NCBI GenBank assembly: GCA_023380755.1
Contig: JAMCSD010000006.1
Location: 120,385 to 184,384, forward strand
DNA length: 64,000 nucleotides
Direction: 5' to 3'
Source: Patescibacteria group bacterium
GTDB taxonomy: Bacteria > Patescibacteriota > Microgenomatia > UBA12405
Shown: in pieces, positions 1 through 10,923 of the stretch
How the letters are laid out: each line of letters opens with the position of its first letter
Position numbering within the stretch: position 1 is the first letter of the stretch
Made by a program: the position numbers and the translations under genes
Notes under the pieces: generated by a model
Databases searched by the model: none
Told to the model about the DNA's origin: nothing
The model's input: the letters and a program-made list of their open reading frames with translations, nothing else

Positions 1-775
1 AATTGGCCTCTTGGCGCACCCGCACCCATACCCCCGGTTGGACCGTAAAATTAACTTTTTTTTCGGCTATTGTTTCTTCGTCCTGGGTGGACACTCCGGC
101 GACTGATCCGCTGGTCACCGTTGTCACCGGCGCCAAGGATATCTTATTACTCTCAAACAACCTTCCCTTTTCCGGCCGGATCGCCGAGTGTAGCAAGTAA
201 TCAGTCGTTACTCCGTATACTGCCATATCGGTAATTGAATTCTGATAACTGATCCGCCCCACCGCCGATACCATGGGTAGCACTAAGCTAACATGACCGA
301 TTTTGGTAAACTTTTCTAGGCTCGTATCGTTAATTCTATTTTTCACTGAATTTTGAGTCGTCACATCCGCCTGTTTCATCTCTTCCAGGCTCGCCACCCG
401 GGAAACCACTAATCTCTGCAAACCGTATCCCACCGACACCAAAAAAACAATGACACTAATCCCCACCGCCATTCCGGCAATAGTAATCACCGTTCGTGTC
501 TTTTTGGATTTCATGTTCCGCAAAGACAAATCAATTAAGTTTAACCGGCTGATTTCATTTTGATCCCGCTTGTCCAGCATCTCAAAGATTGGTTCAAACC
601 TTTGCCGAAAATCAGTTTTACTGCCCCGCTTAATAAAACGGGTCACATAATTCAATCCCACCGCCAGCGAATAGCTAAACAAAAGTAAGGTAAAACTAGC
701 CAACCGTCCGCTCCAGGCAGAGGCCTTTCGTATTCCATTTTTGGCTAAAATAATTGATTTACTTACTTTTGACAT
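1..775 (-). CDS. ABC transporter permease (MacB/FtsX-like), partial, runs off the window
   Basis: Hand translation from ATG 775 gives 'LSLRNMKSKKTRTVITIAGMAVGISVIVFLVSVGYG', a MacB-type N-terminus; directly follows the ABC ATPase; absent from the ORF track because it is truncated. Confidence 0.85.
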   Translation of the reverse strand, partial: MSKVSKSIILAKNGIRKASAWSGRLASFTLLLFSYSLAVGLNYVTRFIKRGSKTDFRQRFEPIFEMLDKRDQNEISRLNLIDLSLRNMKSKKTRTVITIAGMAVGISVIVFLVSVGYGLQRLVVSRVASLEEMKQADVTTQNSVKNRINDTSLEKFTKIGHVSLVLPMVSAVGRISYQNSITDMAVYGVTTDYLLHSAIRPEKGRLFESNKISLAPVTTVTSGSVAGVSTQDEETIAEKKVNFTVQPGVWVRVRQEAN

Positions 776-1514
776 GTTTTTCTTTGCTGGGCATTTCTAA
801 CGTCCGCATTAATTTGTCTTTTTGGCTGCCGGTATATTCACCCACAATTTCTCCGCTAAACATTCTGATCGCCCTTTTGGCATATTTTAAATATTCTAGA
901 TCATGGGTCACCATAATGATTGTCTTTTTTTGGGTAGTATTTAGTTCCACCAAAAATTCCATTAACTCCACCCCATTTTTAAAGTCCAAATTTCCGGTTG
1001 GTTCATCGGCAATTAATAATTCCGGGTCGGTAATTAATGCCCGGGCGAGTGCCACTCTCTGTTGTTGGCCGCTTGATAATTCGGTGGGTATATAAAATGC
1101 CCAGTTTTCCATCCCTACTTCTTTTAGCTTAGTCTGGGCTTTCATTAATCCTTCCTCTCTTGTCTTTCCGGTTAACAATAAGGGGAATGCCACGTTTTCC
1201 CGGACATTTAGGGCTTTTATCCAGTTAGATTGTTGGTACACCACACCCATATATTTCTGCCGCCAGCTGGAGCGGTCGTCTTCAGTCGTGTTTTGATACA
1301 GGTTGTGTTGCCCTAAATAAGCCTCTCCGGCTGTCGGCTTTTCCAGCCCGAGCATGGTATGCAGCAAAGTTGATTTGCCGCAACCCGATGGCCCCACAAT
1401 AATGGCGAAGTCACCCCGGTTAATCGATAAGTTAACGTCTTTTAATACTGGGACTACCTGGGACCCCACCACAAAGGATTTCGCGACTTTTGATAGGCTG
1501 ATCAGTGATTCCAT
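759..1514 (-). CDS. ABC transporter ATP-binding protein (LolD/MacB type)
   Basis: Walker A GPSGCGKST, signature LSSGQQQR, Walker B LIADEPTGNLD, H-loop VTHD; likely start MESLIS at 1514. Confidence 0.95.
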   Translation of the reverse strand: MESLISLSKVAKSFVVGSQVVPVLKDVNLSINRGDFAIIVGPSGCGKSTLLHTMLGLEKPTAGEAYLGQHNLYQNTTEDDRSSWRQKYMGVVYQQSNWIKALNVRENVAFPLLLTGKTREEGLMKAQTKLKEVGMENWAFYIPTELSSGQQQRVALARALITDPELLIADEPTGNLDFKNGVELMEFLVELNTTQKKTIIMVTHDLEYLKYAKRAIRMFSGEIVGEYTGSQKDKLMRTLEMPSKEKHVKSK

Positions 1515-1515
1515 A

Positions 1516-4500
1516 TTATTTCGAGAGAGGACCAATAAATCCAAATGCTTGTTGCAAATTACTAAAGACCAGGTTCAGCGCATTATCTGTTCCCTTAGCA
1601 GTTATCGTCACCATGTCTGATGAATGGCTTTCATTGCCGGCCTTATCTAGGGAAATCGCTCGCAAGTGATAGACCTTTGACGGTGTCAGGCTTGACACAA
1701 TTACCAAATGATTAAGTGTTAGGTTTAAATCCTTTTGTGACTTTTGCGAGTAGTTGTCCCCAGCTCCTTCAGAGAATTCAATTTGAGAGGTTGCCGGTTC
1801 GTCAGTTGTCCAGGACACTAACAGTTGGGAACTGATCTCTTCCGCCGCTCCCGATACTGGTGGCACTGCTTTACTTTCAATCGTTAAATCGGAAATCATT
1901 GGCGGTCGGGTGTCCGTCGCGGTGGTAAATACCTGGACATCACTATCGGCCTCATTCCCAACTTTATCCCGGCCCTTTACTACTAGCACATACCGGGTGT
2001 CATCGCTCAAACCCTTAATGATCATCTGGTGCAAACCCTTAATCATGGTTAGATTTACCTGGTCTTGGGCCGATCCCGCCATTCCGTCCGGATAATACGT
2101 TATAATTGACGACAACTCCGTGTTACTGTTCCATGACACCAAAATCGTCGGTTGGGCTGTATTGATGACTTGCTGGATTTTAATATCTGACACTGTTGGC
2201 CGGGGCAGGGTGGCAAACTGGTGGTCCTCAAAGTCATATTTATTACCGTCGGCATCCTCTAGCTCAATCATGTAATGATAAGTTGTCCCATCATCCAGCT
2301 TGGTCAGTTTGACTGAATACGTACTTTCACTGGTCGCGGTGTTCATGCTCGAAGCGCCGCCATAAGCACTCGTCTTACCATAAAAAATGGTAGCTTTCGA
2401 GGCATTATCTACTGTCATTGTGATTAAGGCACTGCTCAGCGAAATATCGCTTTCCTTTACCGACGATACCGACGGTGCTGCTTGGGTGGCAAATGATTTT
2501 TCATCACTGGTTCCTGTATTCCCATCCTCGTCGGTCCATTTTGCCCGGTAATAGTATGTTTTTCCCGGAGTTAAGTTTGTCAGGTTTATTGTGTGGTCGG
2601 TCACTTGGGAAGAATTTGATGGTTCTTCGTCCTGATAACTATTGCTGCTCGTACCGTATTCCACTTTGGAATCACTGCTCCGGTCGGTGCTCCAGGTAAT
2701 TTTTGCCTTTTTAGTGGTAATACTCGATGCTCCTGGCCCCGACGTTAGGCTGGCGGCACTGGTATAGCGGCCGGTGGGATATTTGCTGGCCGTGGTCGAA
2801 TACGCCGAACAATTATTCGCCGAATCGCAAGCGGTGACACAATAATAATAAGTTTTTTGGGTTAAACCGGTATCTGTATAAGTTGTTCCCGAAGTCGACC
2901 CCACCACTGAAAAGGCGCTGGGTGTGGTGGCACATACCGCATTGGCCGTAGCGCTCCGGTAGACCTTGTAAGTCGCGATACCCGATCCCACCGAAGTCGG
3001 GGCATCCCACGACACCGCCAGCTTCCAATTTGAAGTTGATTTAATCGAAATATCCGATACATCAGTATTCCGTGGTGCCCCGGGAGCCGAAGTGTTGGCC
3101 GTAAAAGTCGCTTCGGCATAAGTGCCATAGTTCACATTACCCGCCTCATCCTTGGCCACTACATCCAAAAAATTTGCCCCATACTGAGTGGCAAAGGCCG
3201 CTGCTGCCAAACTTGTTCCTGTCATCCAATTACCCGTACATAAAAGTGCCGATGGATGGGCATTCACTGTGTAGCAGTAAGTTAGTCCGCCCTCTAATCC
3301 AGAATAAGTTGTTGGTATTGTCCACGAGAAAGCAAAGGAATTATCGGTATTCGTCGCCGGCGTCGCCGTTAGGCTGTTTGGCTCCGATGGCGCGTTCCCG
3401 GAGTATTTCAGTACTGCCGTAATATAAGTGGTGGTCACATTACAGGTGTTGTCCCATGTCCTCAATCTGAAAGTATTTTCCCCATTATTATTAGTTGATA
3501 AAGTGTCGTAGTTACTGTCTAGGGTATAAGATCCGGTGCTGGGACTTAACACATCATTACAATCTTCGGCCCCACTATGGTTAGTGCCATACCATTTCCC
3601 GTCATTAATTTGGTATTGGTAACCCTTAATTCCCGAATCGTTATCTTTGGCGGCCGAAACTCCACTGGTGGCCCAATAAATCGTAAAATCACTCAACGAA
3701 TTTTTGTATGTTTGTGGCGCCGATAACCCCGAAGGATTGGTCGGCAATTGGTTGTCATATCTAAAGGCGGCCACATCTTGGTAAAGTGACGAATCTCCGC
3801 TCCAGACATTACCCGCCTGGTCAACTGCTTTAATCGACAGGTAATATTCTTTTCCCGATGTTAACGTTAATCCAGCAATATTACCCACATTTAAAGAATT
3901 ATAGGTGGTCATGAACGGGCAGTATGTTTGCACTATGCCATCATCTAATCCCGCCAAAGCCCCGCCGGTGGTGGCTGGGTCCAAATGGGTCGAGGTCCCG
4001 GTAGAGCCGCTCCCGATAGTCGTGGCCTCCAACGCCAAACAATAGCCAAAAATACCGCTGCCGCCGCCATTATCGGCGCCGGCTGTCCAGGTTATTGTCG
4101 GGGCGGCGTTCAGCCAATCACCGCTGCTGTGTCCACTCACCCCCACTCCGCTGGCATTGGTTGTCGGCCGGGTTAGGTCCACTACCAAGCTGGCTGTCTG
4201 ATAATTTCCCGCACTGGTTGTGTTCCCGTTACTATCTGTCGCTCGAAAATAAACTGTATATGACCCTTCGGTTAATGCCGGCGACACCGTACAACTAAAA
4301 CTCACCGGACTTGTATTAAAGGAGCCGCTACAATTCGCCCAGCCGCCGCTCGTTGTTGCTCCCACCTGGTAATCCACCATGCTCACCGTTCCATAATCAT
4401 CTGTTGCTGTCCCGGTAAATGTCGGGGTACTGTCGTTGGTCGGTGTAGTCTCGCCAATGGCGGAAATGGTTGGCGGCGTATTGTCATGGCTAATAAATAT

Positions 4501-6012
4501 TTCCGTACTATCAGTACTGATCGTTCCTAAGTATTGGAACAAAAGAATATCGGTGGTGATTCTTGATTCGATTGGGGTTGTCGAATAGGTTCCCGAAGTT
4601 AGCCGTCCCCGCACATAAAACAGAGTCCGGCCGCTATTGAGGCTCGTTGCCGTCCAACTAGTCGGATCACTGCTCCAATAAACCGTTCCCGAAGTTGTCA
4701 GATTACTCACCCCGGTTACCGTTTCCGATACTCCCAGTCCCGCCCAGGCAGCACCGTTCCAGTATTCCCAAGTTATTGTCGGACTCGAGCCGCTGCCGTT
4801 TCGGTTCAAGTTAATATTAATACCCCGGAATTTCGACGTTGATCCAAAAGCAATATAATCCTGATTACCGGCAAAACTAATCGTATAATTTTTCGTAGCG
4901 CTATTTAAATATTCGTTATCCGATCCGGTATACCCGGCATCTGCCAGCTGAGTATAAACACTGCCGGAGTTGGCATAAAACCACGCCTCCGAGAAGGGGA
5001 GAATGTCATCGTTATAATTAGTTCCTTTGGTTTGAGTTACCCCGCCCACCGTTACCTGGGCCGGATCATCTTGCGACCGCCAATTTCTAATCTTAAAAGC
5101 CGGATCCAGCCGGTTATAAGTTCCGCCGTTTATTGTCAAATCAATTTGGATGTTATCCGCATTTAGAACGTAAGCCCCCTCTTGTTCATTAAAAAAGTCA
5201 CTGGTTCCCACCGAATATTCATTAGCATCAAACCAGCCGCTTCCTTTGGATAGTGAACCGCTGAAATCTGCTGGATTGCGGTAGTCTTGCATGTTGCTGG
5301 TTACCGTGCTGGCGGTCGACCGGTAATGTGACAAATCAAACAACACTGTTCCCGAGGTTCCCGTATTTTTTACCCATCCGTACCCTGACGAATGAATGCC
5401 GTCATCACCCCACCCGCCGTTCCCAAAATCATTCGGAGTCCAAGCTTCAATGTTAATTCCGGCAAAGTTATTGTTAGTCGTATCGCTTAATAGCCAGGTC
5501 TGATTAGTTCCATCAAATGTTTGCACTTGTGGAGCATTACTTGTTACCCCCACTTCTTCAGCTAAGTTGTAGTAATAAGTCCCGTTCCACCACATATGGA
5601 CGTAGCTTTTGGCGTCTCCCCAGGTCACCCACGAAACGCCTTGATTGGCATTAGAATTCAGGATTTTGGCCCTTGTCGGAGTCGACTCCAGCAGTTGAAA
5701 AGCTGTTGGTGTCTGTTGGGCCCAAAACCCGGCCAGGTTATCATGGTTATCTCCGCATGATCCGCTATTGCCCACCAAAGGAGTTTGGCCGTTATTAATT
5801 GAGGTGTGATACAGCTGTTTTCCAAAAGCCACATCGCAGTTTTTGGTCACTAACTTAACCGTCCCATTATCGGTGGTAATTGAGGTCGCATCTCGCGTAA
5901 TTGTTAACGAGGCTGCCTCCACCCCCCTAGGTAATACTAGCAAAAATATCCCTATCCATAGGCATAAAAATTTCCCAATTCCGCGCTTAATACTCACATT
6001 TACATCATACAA
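1516..6012 (-). CDS. Large secreted/surface protein with Ig-like and fibronectin type III repeats
   Basis: Signal peptide ending VEA-A, S/T-rich, repeated D(N)xPP / W.T...S.V.YG / YYY.V.A.D.AGN motifs. Confidence 0.8.
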   Translation of the reverse strand: MYDVNVSIKRGIGKFLCLWIGIFLLVLPRGVEAASLTITRDATSITTDNGTVKLVTKNCDVAFGKQLYHTSINNGQTPLVGNSGSCGDNHDNLAGFWAQQTPTAFQLLESTPTRAKILNSNANQGVSWVTWGDAKSYVHMWWNGTYYYNLAEEVGVTSNAPQVQTFDGTNQTWLLSDTTNNNFAGINIEAWTPNDFGNGGWGDDGIHSSGYGWVKNTGTSGTVLFDLSHYRSTASTVTSNMQDYRNPADFSGSLSKGSGWFDANEYSVGTSDFFNEQEGAYVLNADNIQIDLTINGGTYNRLDPAFKIRNWRSQDDPAQVTVGGVTQTKGTNYNDDILPFSEAWFYANSGSVYTQLADAGYTGSDNEYLNSATKNYTISFAGNQDYIAFGSTSKFRGININLNRNGSGSSPTITWEYWNGAAWAGLGVSETVTGVSNLTTSGTVYWSSDPTSWTATSLNSGRTLFYVRGRLTSGTYSTTPIESRITTDILLFQYLGTISTDSTEIFISHDNTPPTISAIGETTPTNDSTPTFTGTATDDYGTVSMVDYQVGATTSGGWANCSGSFNTSPVSFSCTVSPALTEGSYTVYFRATDSNGNTTSAGNYQTASLVVDLTRPTTNASGVGVSGHSSGDWLNAAPTITWTAGADNGGGSGIFGYCLALEATTIGSGSTGTSTHLDPATTGGALAGLDDGIVQTYCPFMTTYNSLNVGNIAGLTLTSGKEYYLSIKAVDQAGNVWSGDSSLYQDVAAFRYDNQLPTNPSGLSAPQTYKNSLSDFTIYWATSGVSAAKDNDSGIKGYQYQINDGKWYGTNHSGAEDCNDVLSPSTGSYTLDSNYDTLSTNNNGENTFRLRTWDNTCNVTTTYITAVLKYSGNAPSEPNSLTATPATNTDNSFAFSWTIPTTYSGLEGGLTYCYTVNAHPSALLCTGNWMTGTSLAAAAFATQYGANFLDVVAKDEAGNVNYGTYAEATFTANTSAPGAPRNTDVSDISIKSTSNWKLAVSWDAPTSVGSGIATYKVYRSATANAVCATTPSAFSVVGSTSGTTYTDTGLTQKTYYYCVTACDSANNCSAYSTTASKYPTGRYTSAASLTSGPGASSITTKKAKITWSTDRSSDSKVEYGTSSNSYQDEEPSNSSQVTDHTINLTNLTPGKTYYYRAKWTDEDGNTGTSDEKSFATQAAPSVSSVKESDISLSSALITMTVDNASKATIFYGKTSAYGGASSMNTATSESTYSVKLTKLDDGTTYHYMIELEDADGNKYDFEDHQFATLPRPTVSDIKIQQVINTAQPTILVSWNSNTELSSIITYYPDGMAGSAQDQVNLTMIKGLHQMIIKGLSDDTRYVLVVKGRDKVGNEADSDVQVFTTATDTRPPMISDLTIESKAVPPVSGAAEEISSQLLVSWTTDEPATSQIEFSEGAGDNYSQKSQKDLNLTLNHLVIVSSLTPSKVYHLRAISLDKAGNESHSSDMVTITAKGTDNALNLVFSNLQQAFGFIGPLSK

Positions 6013-6055
6013 TATTCATCGTGTTAATTGTTAAGTAAAAGCCTAAAATCCCAGT

Positions 6056-7138
6056 TTACTTAATATTCCAAATTCCCGGGTCCTCGCCTCCCAGCCGCCA
6101 GATAATAAAATTAGTCAACCCATAACTTTTTGCAATCTTCACCTTCACCTCCATGCTCGTCGCATCCTCAAACCACACCGTATGTGGCGTTAGCTTATCC
6201 CAGTAACTGGCCACCAATTCGGCGGAGTCCGGATCCCGCTGGTTTGATACTTTTAAATTTTTAAGCCGTTGGATCATTTGGTCATATTGCAGCGCTTCTC
6301 CTTTACTGTTCACCCAATCATAGCCATAAGTGGGTAGTCCGACGATTATTTTTTCTTTCGGAATTTGCGCCGTGGCCATCTCTAAGGCCTTTTCGTATTC
6401 GGGGAGGGGGCTGATCGGCCCGGCGCTAGAGGTGTTGTCATGCCAATCGTAAGCCATTAACCTAATTTGGTCGGCTGACTGGCTTAAAGACGGCCAGTCC
6501 TCCGCTGCCGAGGTTGGGTTATCTGACGGCAGCCCCGTTTTGGCTTGGACGGTCACTGACAACTGCATATTTTGCTGGTGTAATTTATCTGCCAGCTCCT
6601 TTACGAAATCACTAAAGCCCTGCTGGTCTCCCGGGTACATTTCTTCCCAGTCAATATCCCAACCCTTATAACCTTGGGCTTGGGCAGTCGCTACCAAGTT
6701 ATCTGTCAACTGGCTCTGCCAATCCTGATTATCCAGCAGTTTCGATACTGCCTCCGGATCAAAGTTGTTGGTAATAGTCGGCATCAGGTCAATTCCTCGC
6801 CCCAACGCCGCCTCCTTAATTTGTTGTTTGTAAGAAGCATTCGGGATTTCGGTCATTTTCCCGCCAGCCGATAACTGGTACCACATCGGGCTTATCACCT
6901 TCATTTTTCCGTTGCTTTGGTTTAATGAGTTAATCGCTTTTTGGCCATCCCACCAGGCTATCCAGGCGGAAATTGTCACCGGCTGGTTGTCTGCCTTCTG
7001 GATAGCGGCGGCTTTTTCCTTCAGCACGTCCTGGTAAGTTTTCCCTGGATTATTCACTATTTCTCCCGGCTTTTTCCATAAGGTTATCCCGACTGCCACT
7101 AGTATCCCGACTAAAATTAAAAATCCGGTATATTTCAT
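6056..7138 (-). CDS. Glycoside hydrolase family 18, membrane anchored
   Basis: GWDIDWE catalytic DxDxE, LMAYDWH, GLPTYGYDW, IWRLGGED. Confidence 0.9.
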   Translation of the reverse strand: MKYTGFLILVGILVAVGITLWKKPGEIVNNPGKTYQDVLKEKAAAIQKADNQPVTISAWIAWWDGQKAINSLNQSNGKMKVISPMWYQLSAGGKMTEIPNASYKQQIKEAALGRGIDLMPTITNNFDPEAVSKLLDNQDWQSQLTDNLVATAQAQGYKGWDIDWEEMYPGDQQGFSDFVKELADKLHQQNMQLSVTVQAKTGLPSDNPTSAAEDWPSLSQSADQIRLMAYDWHDNTSSAGPISPLPEYEKALEMATAQIPKEKIIVGLPTYGYDWVNSKGEALQYDQMIQRLKNLKVSNQRDPDSAELVASYWDKLTPHTVWFEDATSMEVKVKIAKSYGLTNFIIWRLGGEDPGIWNIK

Positions 7139-7236
7139 TTTTTTATAATTACTTTCTTAATTTTACTCAACCCCAAAATTACTAGGTGAACAAAAACCGT
7201 AAAACTATTTAATGGTGAAGTAATTGTGGCCATATT

Positions 7237-8298
7237 TTAATTTGGAGTATACCGGGTGGCTTTGTTCCATCCGGTTTTGTAATCAATTGAAAAAACAATT
7301 TTAAAAAAACTTTTTAAAAAAATTAAACAAGCCAAAAACCGCGCTACATAAAATAAAGGAATATATAAAAATATTTTTCCCGTCCGGTGCCGCCAGGCAG
7401 TCAACGCCATTGTCGGCAATAAAAATAAAAACAAATCAATTGCGGCGGGGATTATTAATAAATATGGATGTTTGTCCATCGCAAAAGGAATTACTAGCAA
7501 AAAAGCTAACATCAGCACCCCGTTATATAAACCCTCTAATGCTAACATCGCCACCTCCGCATCCAGCGCCTGGCCGCCCCAGGGAACGTTGTTTTTAATG
7601 ATGCACTGCCAAAAGCCGGTATACCAGCGGTCAATTTGTTTACAAAAATCTTTTAAGGTCTTCGGGTCTTGGGTCACTACTGTCGCCTTGCCTGTAAAAA
7701 CAATCCTCCCCAAGCACTTCCGGTGAATTTGGAAGGTCATATCCATATCCTCGGTTAGGGTACCGGTGGGAATTGGCAGTGTCTTAAAGATTTCTGACCG
7801 GTAAATCGTGGCGCACCCCGGGCAGACAATAATGGCATTTTCGACCGACTGGGCCGCTTTGTGGATGGTTTGGGCAATTTCATATTCCCACAAGCGGAAA
7901 GTAGTCACCCAGCTATGGCTTTTCCCAATCACTTTCCCCACGGCGCAGGCCACTTTTTTATTAGTATCTTTTTCAAAGATAGCCATTAAATTATTGACAA
8001 AATCTTTGGTGATTTTCGTATCGGCATCCATTGGCAATAGGTATTCATAGCGCTCTGTCAGCTTAAATTGTTCGATAGCAGCGTTCATGGCTTTCGCTTT
8101 TCCCCGATTCGGATGTAGGGGAAGTACATGTTGGGTAAAATTAGCCGCAATCGTTTCAGTCTTATCGGTTGACCCATCCGAAACCACGTAAACATCATCC
8201 GCCGCGAAAACTTCCAGCAGTGATTTTAGTGTCTCGGCAATCACTCCCTCCTCGTTGTGTGCCGGCACTAGAGCAGCTAATTTCTTTTTGGTTGTCAT
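7237..8298 (-). CDS. Processive glycosyltransferase family 2
   Basis: VPAHNE, DGSTD, DADT, TED, QIDRW (QxxRW), C-terminal TM helices. Confidence 0.9.
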   Translation of the reverse strand: MTTKKKLAALVPAHNEEGVIAETLKSLLEVFAADDVYVVSDGSTDKTETIAANFTQHVLPLHPNRGKAKAMNAAIEQFKLTERYEYLLPMDADTKITKDFVNNLMAIFEKDTNKKVACAVGKVIGKSHSWVTTFRLWEYEIAQTIHKAAQSVENAIIVCPGCATIYRSEIFKTLPIPTGTLTEDMDMTFQIHRKCLGRIVFTGKATVVTQDPKTLKDFCKQIDRWYTGFWQCIIKNNVPWGGQALDAEVAMLALEGLYNGVLMLAFLLVIPFAMDKHPYLLIIPAAIDLFLFLLPTMALTAWRHRTGKIFLYIPLFYVARFLACLIFLKSFFKIVFSIDYKTGWNKATRYTPN

Positions 8299-9245
8299 AG
8301 GCCATTAAAATTTTGCGACGGAGTTGTTTCCGGAGTAATGGTTGGCGTTAATGTCTCGGTTGGCATTGGGGTGCCGGTCCCGACTGTCGGTGTCAATGGC
8401 GCGGCGACTTGTAACTCCAAGGCTTGGGTGGGCAAGACTACTTGCAATCCTGAATTGGCCACCTCATCCATCATCGTGGTAAATTTATCGATACTCGTCG
8501 CATATTTAGATTGGTCATTTTGGATTTGGTGGAATACTATAATCACCCATTGTTTCTTGTTCCTCGCTGTTGCCAACCACGAAGCCACATCTGCCGGCGT
8601 CGTATTCCATTCGACAGCTTGCACCTTTAGCCCATATGGATCCGTCACCGGCAGGTCATTATAACCATCACCCGATGTCCGCAGCGATAAGTAATCTTCC
8701 TTCGCTGTATTAATAATGTTGGGAGTGTTTACCCCGCAAGGGGAAACAAAATTGTTAGCAATAATACCGTGGTTCTTAAGATCCACCTTTGCCCCTCCGA
8801 GCTCCTCGCTGACATAAGCATCTGTCATATCTGTGGGGTTACAGGAATGGTTTCTGGTGTGAGAGGTGATTTCCCAGCCCTTGTGGGACAGCATTCTGAT
8901 TTGGCTCCAGCTCATATAATCGGGATCTCCCACTAATCCTGTCGGTACTGCCAAAGTGGCTTTCAGGTGTCTAGCCTCCAGAATTGGGTAGGCCACCCCG
9001 AACTGGGAATTCCAAGCATCATCAAATCCAATAGTCACCAACCCTTGGCCGTTCCATTTAATAGGTTGGATATTTTCATCAATTACGTCCGTTGCTGATT
9101 GTATTTGAGCCTGACTTTCTTTGGGATTATTTTCTGTCTGCCATTTTGTCTGCCGGTTTAGACCAATCAGATAATTAGTGCTCAACCACACCAGTACTAC
9201 CGGAATCACCAACCAGCTAATAAAAAAGATACGGTTATTATTCAT
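8295..9245 (-). CDS. Polysaccharide deacetylase (CE4/NodB)
   Basis: GFDDAW, WEITSHTRNH motifs, N-terminal anchor, P/T tail. Confidence 0.85.
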   Translation of the reverse strand: MNNNRIFFISWLVIPVVLVWLSTNYLIGLNRQTKWQTENNPKESQAQIQSATDVIDENIQPIKWNGQGLVTIGFDDAWNSQFGVAYPILEARHLKATLAVPTGLVGDPDYMSWSQIRMLSHKGWEITSHTRNHSCNPTDMTDAYVSEELGGAKVDLKNHGIIANNFVSPCGVNTPNIINTAKEDYLSLRTSGDGYNDLPVTDPYGLKVQAVEWNTTPADVASWLATARNKKQWVIIVFHQIQNDQSKYATSIDKFTTMMDEVANSGLQVVLPTQALELQVAAPLTPTVGTGTPMPTETLTPTITPETTPSQNFNGL

Positions 9246-9248
9246 AAT

Positions 9249-10721
9249 TTAATAGCTCCGTTTGTAAACTAAGTAACCATCCCGGTTGTAAATTGGAGTG
9301 TAATTTCCGGCCAGATTTTCCAAAACAACATTGTGCATCGTACTGTGGATTTGTTCCAGAGTTTCATCGCCGCCGTCCAGTTCGATCCAATCAAAATATC
9401 CGTCGTTTATGGCCGCTAAATAAGCCTTTTGGCCGGTCAGGTTACGGTATTGAAACCAATCAAACGTTACCGTATAGGTTGGGAAATTATTATCGTAAGT
9501 CGCCAGGATGGCCGAAGCTCCCACTTCCGATAACACCTTATCTCCCGGTCGGACATGGGTTGATAAAAAACTCAGCACCGAATTACTGTTCCGCCATAAA
9601 TTATTAAACCGGTAGATTTCCTCGTAGGAGACAAAAGTAAAAATCAACAAAATCGCTATCAAGTTAACCGCCAATAACCGGGACGCCAGTACTGCCCCTC
9701 TGAGGTCTAAAAGATGGGCCAAACCGCCTCCGATTAACGGTGACAAAAACAATACTGTTAAGTAGGTATGCTTGTCCAAAGTCGGTTCCCGTTGGGTCAC
9801 AAAATGGAAAATAATCACCACCAGCGATAAGAAGGAGTAAATAAACCATTTTTTCCAATTAATTTTTGTTAATAGTGGCACACTCGCTATCAACCATAAG
9901 GCCCAAACATAACGGGTATTTATCCAAAATACTTCCCAAATAACTTCCCAGCTATTTTTCCCTCTCACTGCCTGCGAAGCTTCGTACAGCAATAGGTTAT
10001 GTAAATTAATCCCAATGTAATAAAGCATTACCAGTACCAGTGGCACCGCAAAATAACGGACCCAAAACTTAAATTGCTGCTTCAGTTTTCGTGCCTGCCA
10101 AAAAGTATAAATAAATAAAAAGGGGATATATAAACCGATCACTATTTTAGTCAGCAACGCCATTGCCAAGAAAATAAATCCCAAAAAATACCACAAACCG
10201 TAATTAGTTTCCTTTTCCTCGGCCTTGTGAATAAAAAGCAAAGATAATACTAAGAAATAAAAACTTGGCATATCATAAGTCGCCAACCGGCTGACATACA
10301 ATCCAACTGTCGCCACCCCGGCCACCGTGGCTCCGATTAAGCCGGCGATATTGGCTTGACCTTCATCCCGGTAAGCCACCAATTCCTTTGTTAATGCAAA
10401 TATCACCTCAATTGTCAGTACCCCAAAAACGACATTGAGTAGCCGGCTGCCCACAATTCCTCCTGTCAAATAAGCAATCGCCGACATTGGCGGATAAATA
10501 TATGGCTGTCCCGCCATCCACGCCGCCGCATTATATGTCCACCAGTCGCCTTGAAATAAACCCAGTCTTCCGATCACGGTGTAAATGGCTTCGTCATTAA
10601 ATGGAGAATTGTAATTCAGATTTACCACCCGCAAGACCAAGGCGGCGGTTATTATTTCGACCAAAATAATTTGGGCCCAATTTTTTTCTATGAAGACTAC
10701 TGCTTTTTGAATCAACATCAA
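9249..10721 (-). CDS. GT-C (ArnT/PMT, family 39-like) membrane glycosyltransferase
   Basis: FNDEAIY motif after TM1, multiple TM segments, YPP and LTK motifs. Confidence 0.8.
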   Translation of the reverse strand: MMLIQKAVVFIEKNWAQIILVEIITAALVLRVVNLNYNSPFNDEAIYTVIGRLGLFQGDWWTYNAAAWMAGQPYIYPPMSAIAYLTGGIVGSRLLNVVFGVLTIEVIFALTKELVAYRDEGQANIAGLIGATVAGVATVGLYVSRLATYDMPSFYFLVLSLLFIHKAEEKETNYGLWYFLGFIFLAMALLTKIVIGLYIPFLFIYTFWQARKLKQQFKFWVRYFAVPLVLVMLYYIGINLHNLLLYEASQAVRGKNSWEVIWEVFWINTRYVWALWLIASVPLLTKINWKKWFIYSFLSLVVIIFHFVTQREPTLDKHTYLTVLFLSPLIGGGLAHLLDLRGAVLASRLLAVNLIAILLIFTFVSYEEIYRFNNLWRNSNSVLSFLSTHVRPGDKVLSEVGASAILATYDNNFPTYTVTFDWFQYRNLTGQKAYLAAINDGYFDWIELDGGDETLEQIHSTMHNVVLENLAGNYTPIYNRDGYLVYKRSY

Positions 10722-10753
10722 TAAAAAATAAATAATATCCAGTTTCCAGGACT

Positions 10754-10780
10754 AAACTAATATAATTATAATATTAGTTT
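10754..10780. promoter_or_regulatory. Perfect 10-bp inverted repeat upstream of the EPS operon (candidate operator)
   Basis: AAACTAATAT-N7-ATATTAGTTT; AT-rich, so chance is possible. Confidence 0.3.
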
Positions 10781-10923
10781 TCGTAACCAATAATACCTCT
10801 GGTTAAAATAGTGAATTTTCTATCTCAATACATATCAAACACGTACCGTTATCTTATTTTAATACATCACACACCTCTGTCCACCCTCAATTTCGAATTG
10901 CCTTTGTTCCTCCTCAAAATTAC

